Positions 63,901 to 64,000 of a stretch of 64,000 nt of DNA are shown one piece after another (the stretch's first letter is position 1; every line of letters begins with the position of its first letter). The position numbers and the translations under genes were made by a program. Source of the DNA: Nemertoderma westbladi (Eukaryota; Animalia; Xenacoelomorpha); the NCBI GenBank assembly GCA_032718475.1, contig JAUCBJ010001802.1:67433-131432 (forward strand), read 5' to 3'. A model generated the notes under the pieces. It was not told the DNA's origin and searched no databases. It saw only the letters and a program-made list of their open reading frames with translations.

Positions 63901-64000
63901 AGCGCCCCGAAAGTTTATTAGTAGCGGAATTATTGAGTTTTCCGATGAGATCCAGGAGATCTGCAGACAATTAGACTGGCTAGGTAAGTCTCATGAGTAT
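60901..64000 (+). pseudogene. Bel/Pao gag of element B, interrupted by a MITE
   Basis: Open for ~816 codons up to the MITE; resumes LSNGEKLRYLIECLEG after 63728; near-identical to the A gag core. Confidence 0.9.
63350..63725. mobile_element. PIF/Harbinger-like MITE inserted in gag B
   Basis: TIR GGGGCCGTCCAAGTATGACGTC(A/T)GCACTTT; 3-bp TSD TAT; empty site visible in element A at ~17450. Confidence 0.88.

Larger units (their letters stand above)
57514..64000 (+). mobile_element. Bel/Pao LTR retrotransposon, element B (sister subfamily of A; runs off the window)
   Basis: LTR TGTAAAAGC..GCGCGAACA 57514-58724; leader and gag colinear with element A. Confidence 0.92.

Overview
AT-rich invertebrate (metazoan) genomic DNA. 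One host gene, a 7-exon SLC16/MCT-like major facilitator transporter (658 aa when spliced by hand), runs on the minus strand from 55545 to 7672. Its introns and flanks are packed with transposons and tandem repeats: two related Bel/Pao LTR retrotransposons (A 11556-24093 complete with TSD; B 57514 to the window end), a third non-autonomous LTR element (C 35200-39855), RTE, L2 and Penelope fragments, a Nin/Deu SINE, Kolobok, piggyBac-, Merlin-, Mutator-, Harbinger- and Crypton-like DNA elements, and several minisatellites. The main unexplained signal: none of the three LTR elements has a tRNA primer-binding site. In each, the 10-12 nt right after the 5' LTR are the exact reverse complement of a site inside its own LTR, and the two sides change together between elements. 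This suggests tRNA-independent, Tf1-like self-priming in a Bel/Pao lineage. Elements A and B also carry a 2.2-kb leader with tandem, covarying G-U-rich rod-like RNA domains, and A has a decayed ~500-aa extra ORF at the env position. All alignments, folds and family calls were made by eye, without database searches.
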